Below are positions 37,753-47,090 of a DNA stretch of 64,000 nucleotides, in pieces (position 1 is the first letter of the stretch; each line of letters opens with the position of its first letter). This stretch comes from a virus. The notes under the pieces are model-generated. The model saw only the letters and a list, made by a program, of their open reading frames with translations, made no database searches and was not told the origin of the DNA. A program made the translations under genes and the position numbers. The stretch spans positions 64,001 through 128,000 of IMG/VR virus record IMGVR_UViG_3300031754_000001; one strand, written 5' to 3'.

Positions 37753-38793
37753 GCGGCTGGCAGGTGCAAGCCCGGCTGCCGGACGGCGCGATCACGATGT
37801 TCGGCGTCTACGCGGACACCGGGCACGCCGCCACTGTCAAGGCCCTGCAGCAGCTGGCCGCCTTCCCGCAGCCCTGGCACGCCGCGGAGATTACCGTAAC
37901 TGCCGCCAGGTCACCGGACCGGAGCCCGTCATGACCAGGCTGACGGCCGTGCTGGCTGATCCCTCGCTGCCGCACCAGGTCGTGCTCGGGACCTTCAGCG
38001 GGGCGATCACGGTGAGCTGCAACTGCCTGGCCCCGCGGAAGGGACCGCAAGCTGGCCGGGGCTGTCCGCGGGGGATCATCGAATCCAGGGCCGGGGCCTT
38101 CCCGGCGGCTGAGGCGATCGCCGCCTGGCGAGCCTGGCACGCAGAGCGGAGGATCGGGCTATGACCACCTCATGGAATATCGAGCCGGCCACGTACGATC
38201 ATGCGCCCGGATGCCGCTGCCCGTCGTGCACGGCCACGCGGACCCGGCTGGTGCCCGTCCTGCGGGCCTGCACCCGGGATAACGGCAATTCCTGGCAGAC
38301 GATGACCTGGCAGGCCATGCCCGGCGTCAGCGGTCCGGCTGGCTGCGAGGGCTGTCACGCACCACCCTCGGATGACCCGCGTGCCCATGCTGGCGATTGC
38401 CCCCGCCGCGCGGCACCGGAGAAAGCCGCTAGCGCGGTCAGCAAGCCGGAGCCGGATCCGGTGCGGGAGATCCTGGCCGTGATCGGCGAGCCGCTGGGCC
38501 TGGATGACGCATCATTGCCGTCGTACGCCAGCGCGCCCTCCGGGACCTGCGGATCCTGTCATCGCGGGCCGCTGTCCCGGGGTAACCGGTGCACCTACTG
38601 CGCGGCGCTGGACGGCTTGCAGGCAGCTTCCGCCAGCCGGCGCCTGTCCGGGGCCGTCCCGCCGCGCGATCACGCGGAACGCGACTGCGATTATCCCCGC
38701 ACGGCCGGGCTGCGCCTGCTGACCGCCTGCGCGGCGGTCGCCGCCGTCCTGGCCGTGGTCCTGGCGATCCTGCAGAAGGTGCCGCTGCCATGA
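37749..38793 (+). CDS. Three hypothetical proteins (37749-37934, 37931-38164, 38161-38793; the last Cys-rich with a C-terminal TM)
   Basis: Chained 4-bp overlaps. Confidence 0.5.
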
Positions 38794-39377
38794 CCGGATC
38801 CGGCAAGCTGCCCCGGGTTCCCACCGGGAACAGCGACACGGGAATGGCGGGCTACCGGCTGCGCGAGGTGCGGCGGCCGGAGCCCGTCGCGTTCGCCCTC
38901 GGCATCGACCCCGGCCCTATCCCGGGTATCGTGCTGCTGCACCTGGCCGGCGGCGGCAAGCTGGGCAAAACCGCGGAGATCTTCCAGTGCAACGCGGCGA
39001 CGGCGCCGTGGCTGCTGCGCCAGCTGCTCGGGAAGGACGGCATCGCCGGCGGCCGGGCCAGATGCGGCATGGAGGCGTTCGCTCCCGGCCGAGGTCCCGG
39101 CGCCCGGATGCAGACGGGCAAGGTCACCCGGGATCAGGTGGAGGAGCTGGCCGGGATCTGCGCGGAGCATGACGTGCCCGTCTCGGCCCGGAACGCGGGC
39201 ATGGTGAAGCCGTGGGCCGAGGGAAACGACTGGAAGCGACTGCGGGCCTGCGGGCTGTACGACCTGACTGCCGGGAGCACCCACGCGAGATCTGCCGCCG
39301 CGCAGGCGCTGTACTGCGCTGTCTGGGACTGCGGTTACCCGGATCCGGTTTCCCGTCAGGGAGGTTCCGGGTCATGA
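38790..39377 (+). CDS. RuvC-like Holliday junction resolvase
   Basis: ALGIDPG..GIV, ME.F, AG.VK, HARSA: RNase H-fold resolvase motifs. Confidence 0.7.
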   Translation: MTGSGKLPRVPTGNSDTGMAGYRLREVRRPEPVAFALGIDPGPIPGIVLLHLAGGGKLGKTAEIFQCNAATAPWLLRQLLGKDGIAGGRARCGMEAFAPGRGPGARMQTGKVTRDQVEELAGICAEHDVPVSARNAGMVKPWAEGNDWKRLRACGLYDLTAGSTHARSAAAQALYCAVWDCGYPDPVSRQGGSGS

Positions 39378-39592
39378 CGGCCGGCGAGGAGGCACGCGAT
39401 GCCGCGCGCGAGAAGCCCGGGTAGGCGGGCCGGGACCTGCAGCCACTGCCAATGGCGATCGATCACATTCCCGGCAGGTCCCGGCCGCCAGACAGACCGG
39501 GGTACCTTTCTCCCCCCGCGAGTGAACGTGTCGGGCGCTTACACGATACCCCGCGGGCTCGCCGGCTACTCCTGCCAGACCCAGGGGGACAG

Positions 39593-40087
39593 ATGAACAG
39601 CACGGAAATCAGCGGCACGTCATGCCCGCAGTGCGATGACGGCAACTGGAACGACCTTGGCTGCATGACGTGCGGCCTGGAATTCTTCCCGCCGTCCGAG
39701 GCGTACCAGGCTGCGGTACCGGTAAGCCTGCGCATAAAACGACTTCGCGCAAGCTGGGCTCCGGCTCCGCGCCTGACCCCGGCTGAAGACTGTTTCTGGG
39801 GGGCTTGTCTCGCCCGGGGTTACCCGTGGACTGACGATGTACTGCCGCAGGCTCGCATCGGTGCCTACCGGGCGGATTTCCTGCTAGCCGGAGCCAGGAT
39901 CGTTATCGAGATCGATGGCTTCAGCAATCACGCGAAAACCGCTGACATCACGCGCGACCGGCAGCGGCAGCGCTGGCTGCAAGGTCAGGGCTATCAGGTC
40001 ATCCGGTTCAGTAACACCGAAATCCAGCAGGCCCCGGAACGATGCGCGGCTGAAACTGACGCGCTGATTCGCGGGATGCTGTCATGA
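39593..40087 (+). CDS. DUF559 / Vsr-like endonuclease with N-terminal zinc ribbon
   Basis: TPAE..W, Q..IG.YRADF, IVIEIDG..H, D..RQ.WL..GYQVIRF. Confidence 0.85.
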   Translation: MNSTEISGTSCPQCDDGNWNDLGCMTCGLEFFPPSEAYQAAVPVSLRIKRLRASWAPAPRLTPAEDCFWGACLARGYPWTDDVLPQARIGAYRADFLLAGARIVIEIDGFSNHAKTADITRDRQRQRWLQGQGYQVIRFSNTEIQQAPERCAAETDALIRGMLS

Positions 40088-43000
40088 ACGCCCAGGTCCG
40101 GCAGGACGCGCCGGTCTACGCGTCGGCCTGCGCGGATTACTACCTGGCCGGGTGGACGTGCGTGATCCCGGTGCCGCCGGAAGCCAAGTTCCCTCCGCCC
40201 GGCGGGTTCACCGGGGCTGGCGGCCGGGACACCACCCCAGAGGACATCGCCGGCTGGGCGGAGCAGCTGCCCGGTTACTCGATCGCGCTACGGATGCCGG
40301 ACGGCGTGATCGGCATCGACGTCGATGAGTACGCCAAGGGCGAGACCGTCAAGCATGGCGCCGCGACCGTAACCGGGGCCGAGGGGGAATGGGGCGCGCT
40401 GCCGCCGACATGCTCATCGACTGCCCGCGGCCAGGATCAGCCGAGCCGCATCCTGTTCTACCGGGTGCCGGCCGGCCGGTACGCCAGCCAGCTCGGCCCG
40501 GATGTCGAGATCATCCAGCGGCATCACCGCTACGCCGTGGTCGCGCCGTCGCCGCACTCCGCTACCGGGACGCCGTATCAGTGGTACGGCCCGGACGGTT
40601 CCCCCCTGGGCGGGAAAGTCCCGGGACCGGGAGAACTGGCCGCTCTGCCGGAAGCGTGGATCCAGGGCCTGGCCGAGGGCGCCGCGGCAGCCAGCCCGAT
40701 GGCAGCCAGTATCGGCGAGGCCGGGCAGCTGCTGGCCTGGCTGGAGGCTGAGACCGGGCAGGTGTGCACCGACATGGCGCACGCGACGGCGGCGATCCTG
40801 GCCGAGACCACGGCCGCGCACCCCGGCTCCCGGCATGACCTGATGACCAGGGGCATCTACGAGCTGGTCCAGCTGACCGCCGAGGGCCACGGCGGTTACG
40901 GCACGGTCATCGCCCAGCTGCGCGGGCTATGGGGCGAGCTGACCGCCGGGGAAGACCGGGACGCCGAGTTCGGCGACATGATCACCACCGCGGCGCGCAA
41001 GGCCGTCACTGCCCACGGCCCGGTCCCGCAGGCAGCCGATCCGTGCCGGGTGTTCGGCCGCGGGCTGCCCCGGTTCGCCGCGCCCGCACCGGACGTGCCG
41101 CCGGGTGCGGGCCTAGATGATGACGAGCTGCCGCCGCCCGAGGCGCCGAGGTTCTGGTCGCCGTGGGGAGAAGACGGGATCGGCGTGCTGCCATTCGACC
41201 CGCCCGCCGGGCTGGACGGGATGCTGGCCCGCGACGTGCTGGGCCGTACCTGGCCGGTACTGCGGTACGCCCCGGACGCGGGCGCGTGGATCAGGCGCGG
41301 CCCGGACAAGTGGGACGTGATCAAGGGCGACTTGTCCAAATGGGCTGTCGACCTGGTGAGCGTGCTCATGCCGCCCGGTGACCCGGACGCCGCCCAGGGC
41401 AGCCCGGAACGGCTTCAGGCTGACCGGCGCAAGCGGTTCATGTCGAACTCCCCGGCCAACGCGATCGCCGGGAAGATGAACGCGCAGGTCGCCGCCGGGC
41501 AGCACCCGTCCGCAGTGGAACTGGCCGCGCTGGACACTGACCGGGAGATCCTGTGGGCCGGGGGCATGCCGTTCGACCTGCGGAACTCCGACGAGGCTCC
41601 GGCGATCTCGCGGTGGACCGACCCGGGCACCCCGCACCTGCACAGCGCGGGCGTGGTCCCGGAGCTGCGCCCCGTGCCGCGATGGGACGCGTTCCTGGCC
41701 GCGGTCTGGCCGGACGAGGACGTGCGGGCCTGGGCACTGCGCATCCTGTCGATCTCGTTCACCGGCTACCCGGACAAGGCGCTGCCCATCCTGCTCGGCG
41801 ACACCGACCGCGGTAAGACCTCGCTGATCATGCTGCTGATGTCCGTGCTGGGCAGTTACGCCCACGTGGCCGATGCCCGGCTGCTCGCCCCGGCTGACAA
41901 GTCACACGCCTCGATCGTGTACGCGCTGCGGGGCCGGCGGCTGTCGTTCATCGATGAGGCACCGCGCACCGGTCAGCTGGCTACTGAACGGCTGAAGCAG
42001 ATCACGGGCGGCGCGGACCTGACCGGCAACCGGATGGGCGAGAACCCCATCACGTTCCCCACCACTCACACGCTGATCCTGACCGCCAACCCCGAGCACG
42101 AGCCGGTGCTGACCGACGCGGCCATTCGCCGCCGGGTCCGGCTGATCCCGTGCAACGGCGATCCCGCCGCGGTCATCGCGGCCAGGGCGGCGATCGGCGC
42201 GGAGCACGGTGCCGCGTGGCGGGCCGAGGCACCCGGCGTGCTGGCCCGGATGATGGCCGAGACAGCCCGCTGGCTGGCTGACCCGCACAGCTCCGGCAAC
42301 GAGTCCGCGCCGGAAGCAGCGGCCCTGGCGGCGAGTGAGATCATGGCGAGCCAGGACCTCACGCTGCAGTGGCTGCGCGAGGAATGCGAGGATTTCGAGC
42401 GCGGCACCAGGAGCCGTGATCTCTACCTGGCGTTCACGGAGAGTTGCCGGCGGATGGCGGTGAACCCGGCTACGATGCCGTCCGAAACACGGTGGGGACG
42501 GAGGCTGACCGAACTCGGCTACCCCCCATATAAGCGGACGGACGCCAACTACCGGACCCTCCGGATCAAGCCCCCGCAGGTTTTCATGCCCGGACCAGCG
42601 GCACTGAGCGGTCAGAGCGGCGGTTCCGCCCGGCCGCATGGAGGGTCTGAGCCTGAAAATGGAGGGTTCATGGAGGGTTCGGGGTCAGGGCCTCAACCCT
42701 CCATGAACGGAAACACAGCAGGTCAAACCCTCCATGAAACCATCCATATGGAGGGTATGGAGGGTCAGTCAACGTATATAGCACACACACACGCGCGCAC
42801 ACGCGCGCACACGCAGGGGGGTAAAGACCAAACCCTCCATACCCTCCAACCTTCCATACCGCCCCCGGCGGACCCCCCCGCAGCGGAAAACCCCGGTTCG
42901 TCACCGGGCGTGACATCACCGGATGCCGCCAGGGCGGGCAAGCCCCGCAAGGCAGCCAGGCCCAGGGCCGTGAAGGTGCGGCCGGACCCGGTGCTGGAAG

Positions 43001-44871
43001 GCCCGGTGTACCAGCTGCCGGTCATCGTGGCGCGGAATCCGGACGGCGGCGAGCCGCTGGTGCTGTCGTGCTCGCCGGACGACGCGAGGGCGGCGGCAGA
43101 GGGCGCGCTGGCCGGCATGCACGTGGACTGCGAGACCTCGGGGTACCCGCCTGGTCACGCGGATTTCGCGTTGCGTACCGTCCAGCTGGGTGATGAGCAG
43201 ATGGCGGCGGTACTGGACCCGGCTGATCCGGAACAGGCGGCGGCAGTCACGGATCTGGTGGCGCGGGCGCGGGTACTGCACGCGCATTCGGCGGCGGCTG
43301 ACCTGGTGCCGCTCGCCGCAGCCGGGCTCGGCGACGCCGAGGCGATGTGGGCGAAGATGACCGATTCGGTGCTGATCGCCAAGCTGGCCGATCCGTCGCT
43401 GGCCGGGTCGGATGAGAACGAGCTGAAAAAGCTGGCCCGCGATCTGCTGGGAGGCTATGCGGTCAGCCCTCCTGCGGAGAAGGCCCGCAGCGCCCTGTTC
43501 AAGTCCGGTGGCTGGCTGACCGATACCACGGCGCTGACCCCGCCGGAGAAATCCGGATGGGGCCAGGTCAAGTCCGGTTGCGAGGTCATGGCCCGGTACG
43601 CCGGGTCCGACGTGCTGGACCTGGCCGCGGTGCTGCGCGTGCTGCCGGAGCCCGACCAGGCCGTGCTGGCGCGCGAGCGCGAGTTCCAGCGGATGTGCGC
43701 CCGGGTGAGCCATGCCGGGTTCCGGCTGGACCCGGTGCACATCCGGGCCAAGATCGCCGAGTACACCGCAGCCCGCGAAGCTGCCCGCGAGCTGGTGGCC
43801 GGCCTGTGCCCGGATATCACCAACCCGTCCTCCACCAAGGACGTCCCGGCCGCCCTGCTGGGCATGGGCATCCCGCTCGGCCGCACGAAGGACGGCAACC
43901 CGAGCGCCGCCAAGGCCGTGCTGGAGCCGCTGGCGGCCGACGAGAGCTATGAGCATCACGAATTGCTGCGCGGCATCCTGGACTACCGGCATGACGTGAC
44001 CACGCTCGGGCTGCTGCTGGAGCCCCTGGGAAGGCTGTGCGAGCACGGCGACGGCCGGATGCGCCCGGTGGTCTACACGATCAACGCCGACACCGGCCGG
44101 ACCAGCTGCGTCCGTCCCAACGGGCAGCAGTTCTCCCGGCAGGGCGGCATCCGCGCGTGCGTCATCGCGGATGAGGGCATGGCCGGAGTCTCGGCTGACT
44201 TCTCTGGCGTGGAGATCCGGGTCGGCGCCGCGCTGTCCGGTGACAGGGACCTGCTCGCCGCGGAGCTGTCCACGTACTGCCTGGCGTGCGCGTCCGATCC
44301 GTGTGCCTGCGGGCAGGGCCAGACCGGGCTGCACTGGATGGCCGCGCGGATGGCGTTCGGCGCGGGCGCCACCAAGGAAGACCGTTACAACTCCAAGCGG
44401 ATCATCTTCTCCAAGATGTTCGGCGGCGGCCCGAAGTCCGGTGCGGCCCAGGTGGGCGTGCCGGTGGAGGCGGCGTACGCGGTGCACAGCGCGTTCGAGC
44501 AGATCGCGCCTGCGTTCACCGAGTGGGATAAGCAGATGCGCGCCTACGCGGAGGCCGGCAACCGCGGTTTCCGGGCATATTCCGGCCGGGTCATCTGGCT
44601 GCCGCGCGGGCGCAGTCACGCGGCCGGCAATTACGCGATCCAGGGCTCGGCCCGGGAGCTGCTGGTGGACGGGTGCCTGCGCTGGCACCGGACCCGCTGG
44701 GGCCATCTGCCGCTGCTGCCGATCCATGACGAGATCCTGGTATGGGTTCCGGCTGAGGAGGCGCTGGAGGCCCGGGAGACGCTGAAGGCGTGCATGGCCG
44801 GCGAGCTGTACGGCGTGCCGATCGAGGCCAAGGCCGACGAGCCGTTCCTGGCCTGGCCGGATTCTTCGTGA
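40084..44871 (+). CDS. Fusion: bifunctional Prim-Pol + D5-like SF3 helicase + family A DNA polymerase with 3'-5' exonuclease
   Basis: Prim-Pol IGIDVD..YAVVAPS.H..G.PY.W; helicase GDTDRGKT/FIDE/ILTAN; exonuclease DCETSG..YAGSD; PolA TGRTS..PN.QQ, ADFSGVEIR, R...K...F, NYAIQG, IHDEI. One uninterrupted 1595-aa ORF. Confidence 0.9.
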   Translation: MNAQVRQDAPVYASACADYYLAGWTCVIPVPPEAKFPPPGGFTGAGGRDTTPEDIAGWAEQLPGYSIALRMPDGVIGIDVDEYAKGETVKHGAATVTGAEGEWGALPPTCSSTARGQDQPSRILFYRVPAGRYASQLGPDVEIIQRHHRYAVVAPSPHSATGTPYQWYGPDGSPLGGKVPGPGELAALPEAWIQGLAEGAAAASPMAASIGEAGQLLAWLEAETGQVCTDMAHATAAILAETTAAHPGSRHDLMTRGIYELVQLTAEGHGGYGTVIAQLRGLWGELTAGEDRDAEFGDMITTAARKAVTAHGPVPQAADPCRVFGRGLPRFAAPAPDVPPGAGLDDDELPPPEAPRFWSPWGEDGIGVLPFDPPAGLDGMLARDVLGRTWPVLRYAPDAGAWIRRGPDKWDVIKGDLSKWAVDLVSVLMPPGDPDAAQGSPERLQADRRKRFMSNSPANAIAGKMNAQVAAGQHPSAVELAALDTDREILWAGGMPFDLRNSDEAPAISRWTDPGTPHLHSAGVVPELRPVPRWDAFLAAVWPDEDVRAWALRILSISFTGYPDKALPILLGDTDRGKTSLIMLLMSVLGSYAHVADARLLAPADKSHASIVYALRGRRLSFIDEAPRTGQLATERLKQITGGADLTGNRMGENPITFPTTHTLILTANPEHEPVLTDAAIRRRVRLIPCNGDPAAVIAARAAIGAEHGAAWRAEAPGVLARMMAETARWLADPHSSGNESAPEAAALAASEIMASQDLTLQWLREECEDFERGTRSRDLYLAFTESCRRMAVNPATMPSETRWGRRLTELGYPPYKRTDANYRTLRIKPPQVFMPGPAALSGQSGGSARPHGGSEPENGGFMEGSGSGPQPSMNGNTAGQTLHETIHMEGMEGQSTYIAHTHARTRAHTQGGKDQTLHTLQPSIPPPADPPAAENPGSSPGVTSPDAARAGKPRKAARPRAVKVRPDPVLEGPVYQLPVIVARNPDGGEPLVLSCSPDDARAAAEGALAGMHVDCETSGYPPGHADFALRTVQLGDEQMAAVLDPADPEQAAAVTDLVARARVLHAHSAAADLVPLAAAGLGDAEAMWAKMTDSVLIAKLADPSLAGSDENELKKLARDLLGGYAVSPPAEKARSALFKSGGWLTDTTALTPPEKSGWGQVKSGCEVMARYAGSDVLDLAAVLRVLPEPDQAVLAREREFQRMCARVSHAGFRLDPVHIRAKIAEYTAAREAARELVAGLCPDITNPSSTKDVPAALLGMGIPLGRTKDGNPSAAKAVLEPLAADESYEHHELLRGILDYRHDVTTLGLLLEPLGRLCEHGDGRMRPVVYTINADTGRTSCVRPNGQQFSRQGGIRACVIADEGMAGVSADFSGVEIRVGAALSGDRDLLAAELSTYCLACASDPCACGQGQTGLHWMAARMAFGAGATKEDRYNSKRIIFSKMFGGGPKSGAAQVGVPVEAAYAVHSAFEQIAPAFTEWDKQMRAYAEAGNRGFRAYSGRVIWLPRGRSHAAGNYAIQGSARELLVDGCLRWHRTRWGHLPLLPIHDEILVWVPAEEALEARETLKACMAGELYGVPIEAKADEPFLAWPDSS
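42638..42857. repeat. Iteron-like ATGGAGGGT/ACCCTCCAT array with alternating purine-pyrimidine tract: probable replication origin
   Basis: Five forward copies (42638, 42659, 42670, 42748, 42757) and six exact or near reverse copies (42696, 42727, 42739, 42832, 42841, 42849), flanking TATATA and a (CA)n(CG)n tract. Confidence 0.7.
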
Positions 44872-44874
44872 CAA

Positions 44875-45523
44875 GTGAATAGGAGGAACGAGATGACGGA
44901 GGAGACGATCCTGGTCCTGGCCGGGGTGACCCGCGAGCAGCTCGGCCGGCAGGTCCGCCGGGAATGGGAGGCGTGGGCGCGGGAGCAGCCCGACGTGGCG
45001 GATCACCCGGCCTGGACGCGCCCCTGGCATGCCCTGGACGAGCGTGACCGGGAGGCGGACCGCCGGATCGGCGTGGCGTTGTTCCGCGCGGGCTGGCTGG
45101 CCGGGCACAGCCTGCACGGCGGGCTGCCGTCTTCCGGTCGACCGGAACGTTCATGACCGCCGGCTGGGTCCCGGTCACCAGTTCCGCGTTCGCGCGGATG
45201 AGCCAGGCCCGGCGGAATGAGTCCCTGGCCTGCGCGATAGCCGAGCTGGCGGTCATCCAGGCCGCGGTGAAGACGGCGGGGCCGGGGCCGGGCGCCCTGC
45301 TGTACGCCATGCTCAGCGTGACCCGGTACGGCTGCGTCCGGGTTGACGGCGACGGGCGGCTGGCAGTCTGGGCGGGTGACCCGCGGTGACCGGCACGCAG
45401 TGGGTGCCCGAGCTGGCGGACGACTGCGCCTGCCGGTGGACGTCGCCGTCCGGGCAGCCCGGCTGGATCCTGGAGAAGCGCCACGACGGGTGCAGGTCCG
45501 CCGTGCACGGGAAGGGACCGTGA
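44875..45523 (+). CDS. Small hypothetical proteins (44875/44893-45156, 45153-45389, 45386-45523)
   Basis: AGGAGG RBS for the first; chained overlaps. Confidence 0.5.
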
Positions 45524-46014
45524 CCCGCAGTGCGGTGATCAGCGGCGACCGGGTGTACCGGTACGTGCTGACCCGCCGCTGGTCCGCCGCCCCGGCCATG
45601 CCGTGGATGTGCCTGAACCCGTCGACCGCCGACGCGGATACCGACGATCCGTCGATCCGGCGGATGTGCGGGTTCGCCCGGCGCGAGGGCTGCGGAGGGA
45701 TCTGCGTGCTCAACCTGTACGCCATGCGCTCCCCGGATCCGGGTGCGCTCCGGGACGGCGCCAGCCTGGACCCGGTAGGCCCGGATAATGACCGGTGGAT
45801 CGCCGGCCTGCGGATCGAGTTCGCCGTCCGTGCGGTTGTCCCGGTCACGGTTGCCTGGGGCGCGAACCCGCTGGCGGCGGCCCGGGTTCCGCGGGTCATG
45901 GAACTGCTGGCCGGGCTGCCGGCGGTGTGCCTGGGCACGACCAGATCAGGTGCGCCCCGGCACCCGCTGTACGTCCGCGCCGATGCTCCGCTCGTGCCGT
46001 GGGTGATGTCGTGA
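45520..46014 (+). CDS. DUF1643 family protein
   Basis: YRYVL.R.W..LNPSTAD..DDPSIRR..F..NLYA..S.DP..AWG..PRHPLY. Confidence 0.85.
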   Translation: MTRSAVISGDRVYRYVLTRRWSAAPAMPWMCLNPSTADADTDDPSIRRMCGFARREGCGGICVLNLYAMRSPDPGALRDGASLDPVGPDNDRWIAGLRIEFAVRAVVPVTVAWGANPLAAARVPRVMELLAGLPAVCLGTTRSGAPRHPLYVRADAPLVPWVMS

Positions 46015-46208
46015 CGGGCGAGCGGCATCAGGAACGGGAACTCCGGGATGAGCCCTGCGGGTGCCAGCTCATCTGGTCTCGCGGGCGGTGGCACCCGGTC
46101 GTGACCTGCCGGGAGCACTGGCGCGGAGAGCCGGATGGCATCTGCTGGACCGGGAGTGATTCCCCGTGATTATCCTGTTGCTCGCTGGCATGCGGTAAAC
46201 TGGTAACC

Positions 46209-46436
46209 GTGACGAGGGTACAGGTTCCGGGGGCTTACCGCATCCTGATCGGGCTGAAGGTGAGCCAGGACATGGCCGCGCGGATCGACACTGTGCGCGG
46301 GGATGTCACCCGGGCAGACTGGCTGCGGGCGGCAGCGGATACCGCGCTGGCCGCGCAGCGTGCTGGAGAGGACTGGGAGCGCCGGGCGCGCGACGCCGAG
46401 GATCGCCTGGCCCTCGTAGCCAAGGCGCTGGCGTGA
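46209..46436 (+). CDS. Ribbon-helix-helix (CopG-like) protein, probably leaderless
   Basis: ILIGLKVSQDMAARID..RG.VTRADWLR; TAAACT -10 at 46196-46201, 7 nt before the GTG. Confidence 0.6.
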   Translation: MTRVQVPGAYRILIGLKVSQDMAARIDTVRGDVTRADWLRAAADTALAAQRAGEDWERRARDAEDRLALVAKALA

Positions 46437-46437
46437 T

Positions 46438-46701
46438 ATGCCTGGTCTTCTGCCTGCGGGTATGCGCTGTACGGCTTACTGGTTTGCACGAGCCCGGGGG
46501 TTGCCTCAGGACCTGGACTACCTGAAGGCGCTTGGCTTGACGGCGTACCGGATGGCTCGCTGGGAGGGCCTGGAGGAGTGGAGAGTTCCTGAAGGTCCCT
46601 ATTTTTGCTGCATGTGGCCGGAGCGGATCTGGGATGCCGCCGCGAACGGCGTGGTGCGGGGGTACTCCGGTAATCTTTACGGCGCGAGCGGCGGGGCCTG
46701 A
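46438..46701 (+). CDS. Hypothetical protein
   Basis: Follows the RHH gene directly. Confidence 0.5.
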   Translation: MPGLLPAGMRCTAYWFARARGLPQDLDYLKALGLTAYRMARWEGLEEWRVPEGPYFCCMWPERIWDAAANGVVRGYSGNLYGASGGA

Positions 46702-46897
46702 CCGTGAGCAGGCGCGGTGGCCCGGGAGGGCTCACGTCGGCGTGGCGGCTGCGGGAATGTCCCGCCTGCCAGGGTCCGCGGCCGGATCCGGTGATCGCGT
46801 ATGGCGATGACTGGTACGGGAGGAATCCGTACGGCTGAGGCGGGTCCGGACGTTCCGATCGATCGGAAGTCCGGCCGTGCTGGGCTATCCTGCCGGT

Positions 46898-47005
46898 AAG
46901 AGCCCGCGGCCGGCGCCCCGGAGCCGGGGTCCCCCTCCCTACCCCCGGGGGAGGCCTGGCAGTGCCCGGGAATCTTCCTGCCATTTCCCGCGCCGGCCGC
47001 GGCTC
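46898..47005 (+). ncRNA. Candidate structured small RNA (four-way junction)
   Basis: TATCCT -10 at 46886; 16-bp closing stem 46900-46916/46990-47005 enclosing three hairpins, one with a C-rich loop; no convincing ORF. Confidence 0.45.
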
Positions 47006-47090
47006 GGATGTGCTGGGTTAGGCTGAGCCTGTAAGCCTGCGGCCGTGTGCATGCGGAGCCAGGATCCTGACGTCACGAGGGAGCCCGGAT

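Noticed and set aside
42540-43000. Intein or intron in the replicase
   Set aside because: No Cys/Ser-start and His-Asn-end splicing motifs or homing endonuclease; the linker is better explained by the repeat array.
46900-47005. Cloverleaf as a tRNA
   Set aside because: No TTC T-loop, D-loop GG, 7-bp acceptor geometry or CCA; kept only as a candidate sRNA.
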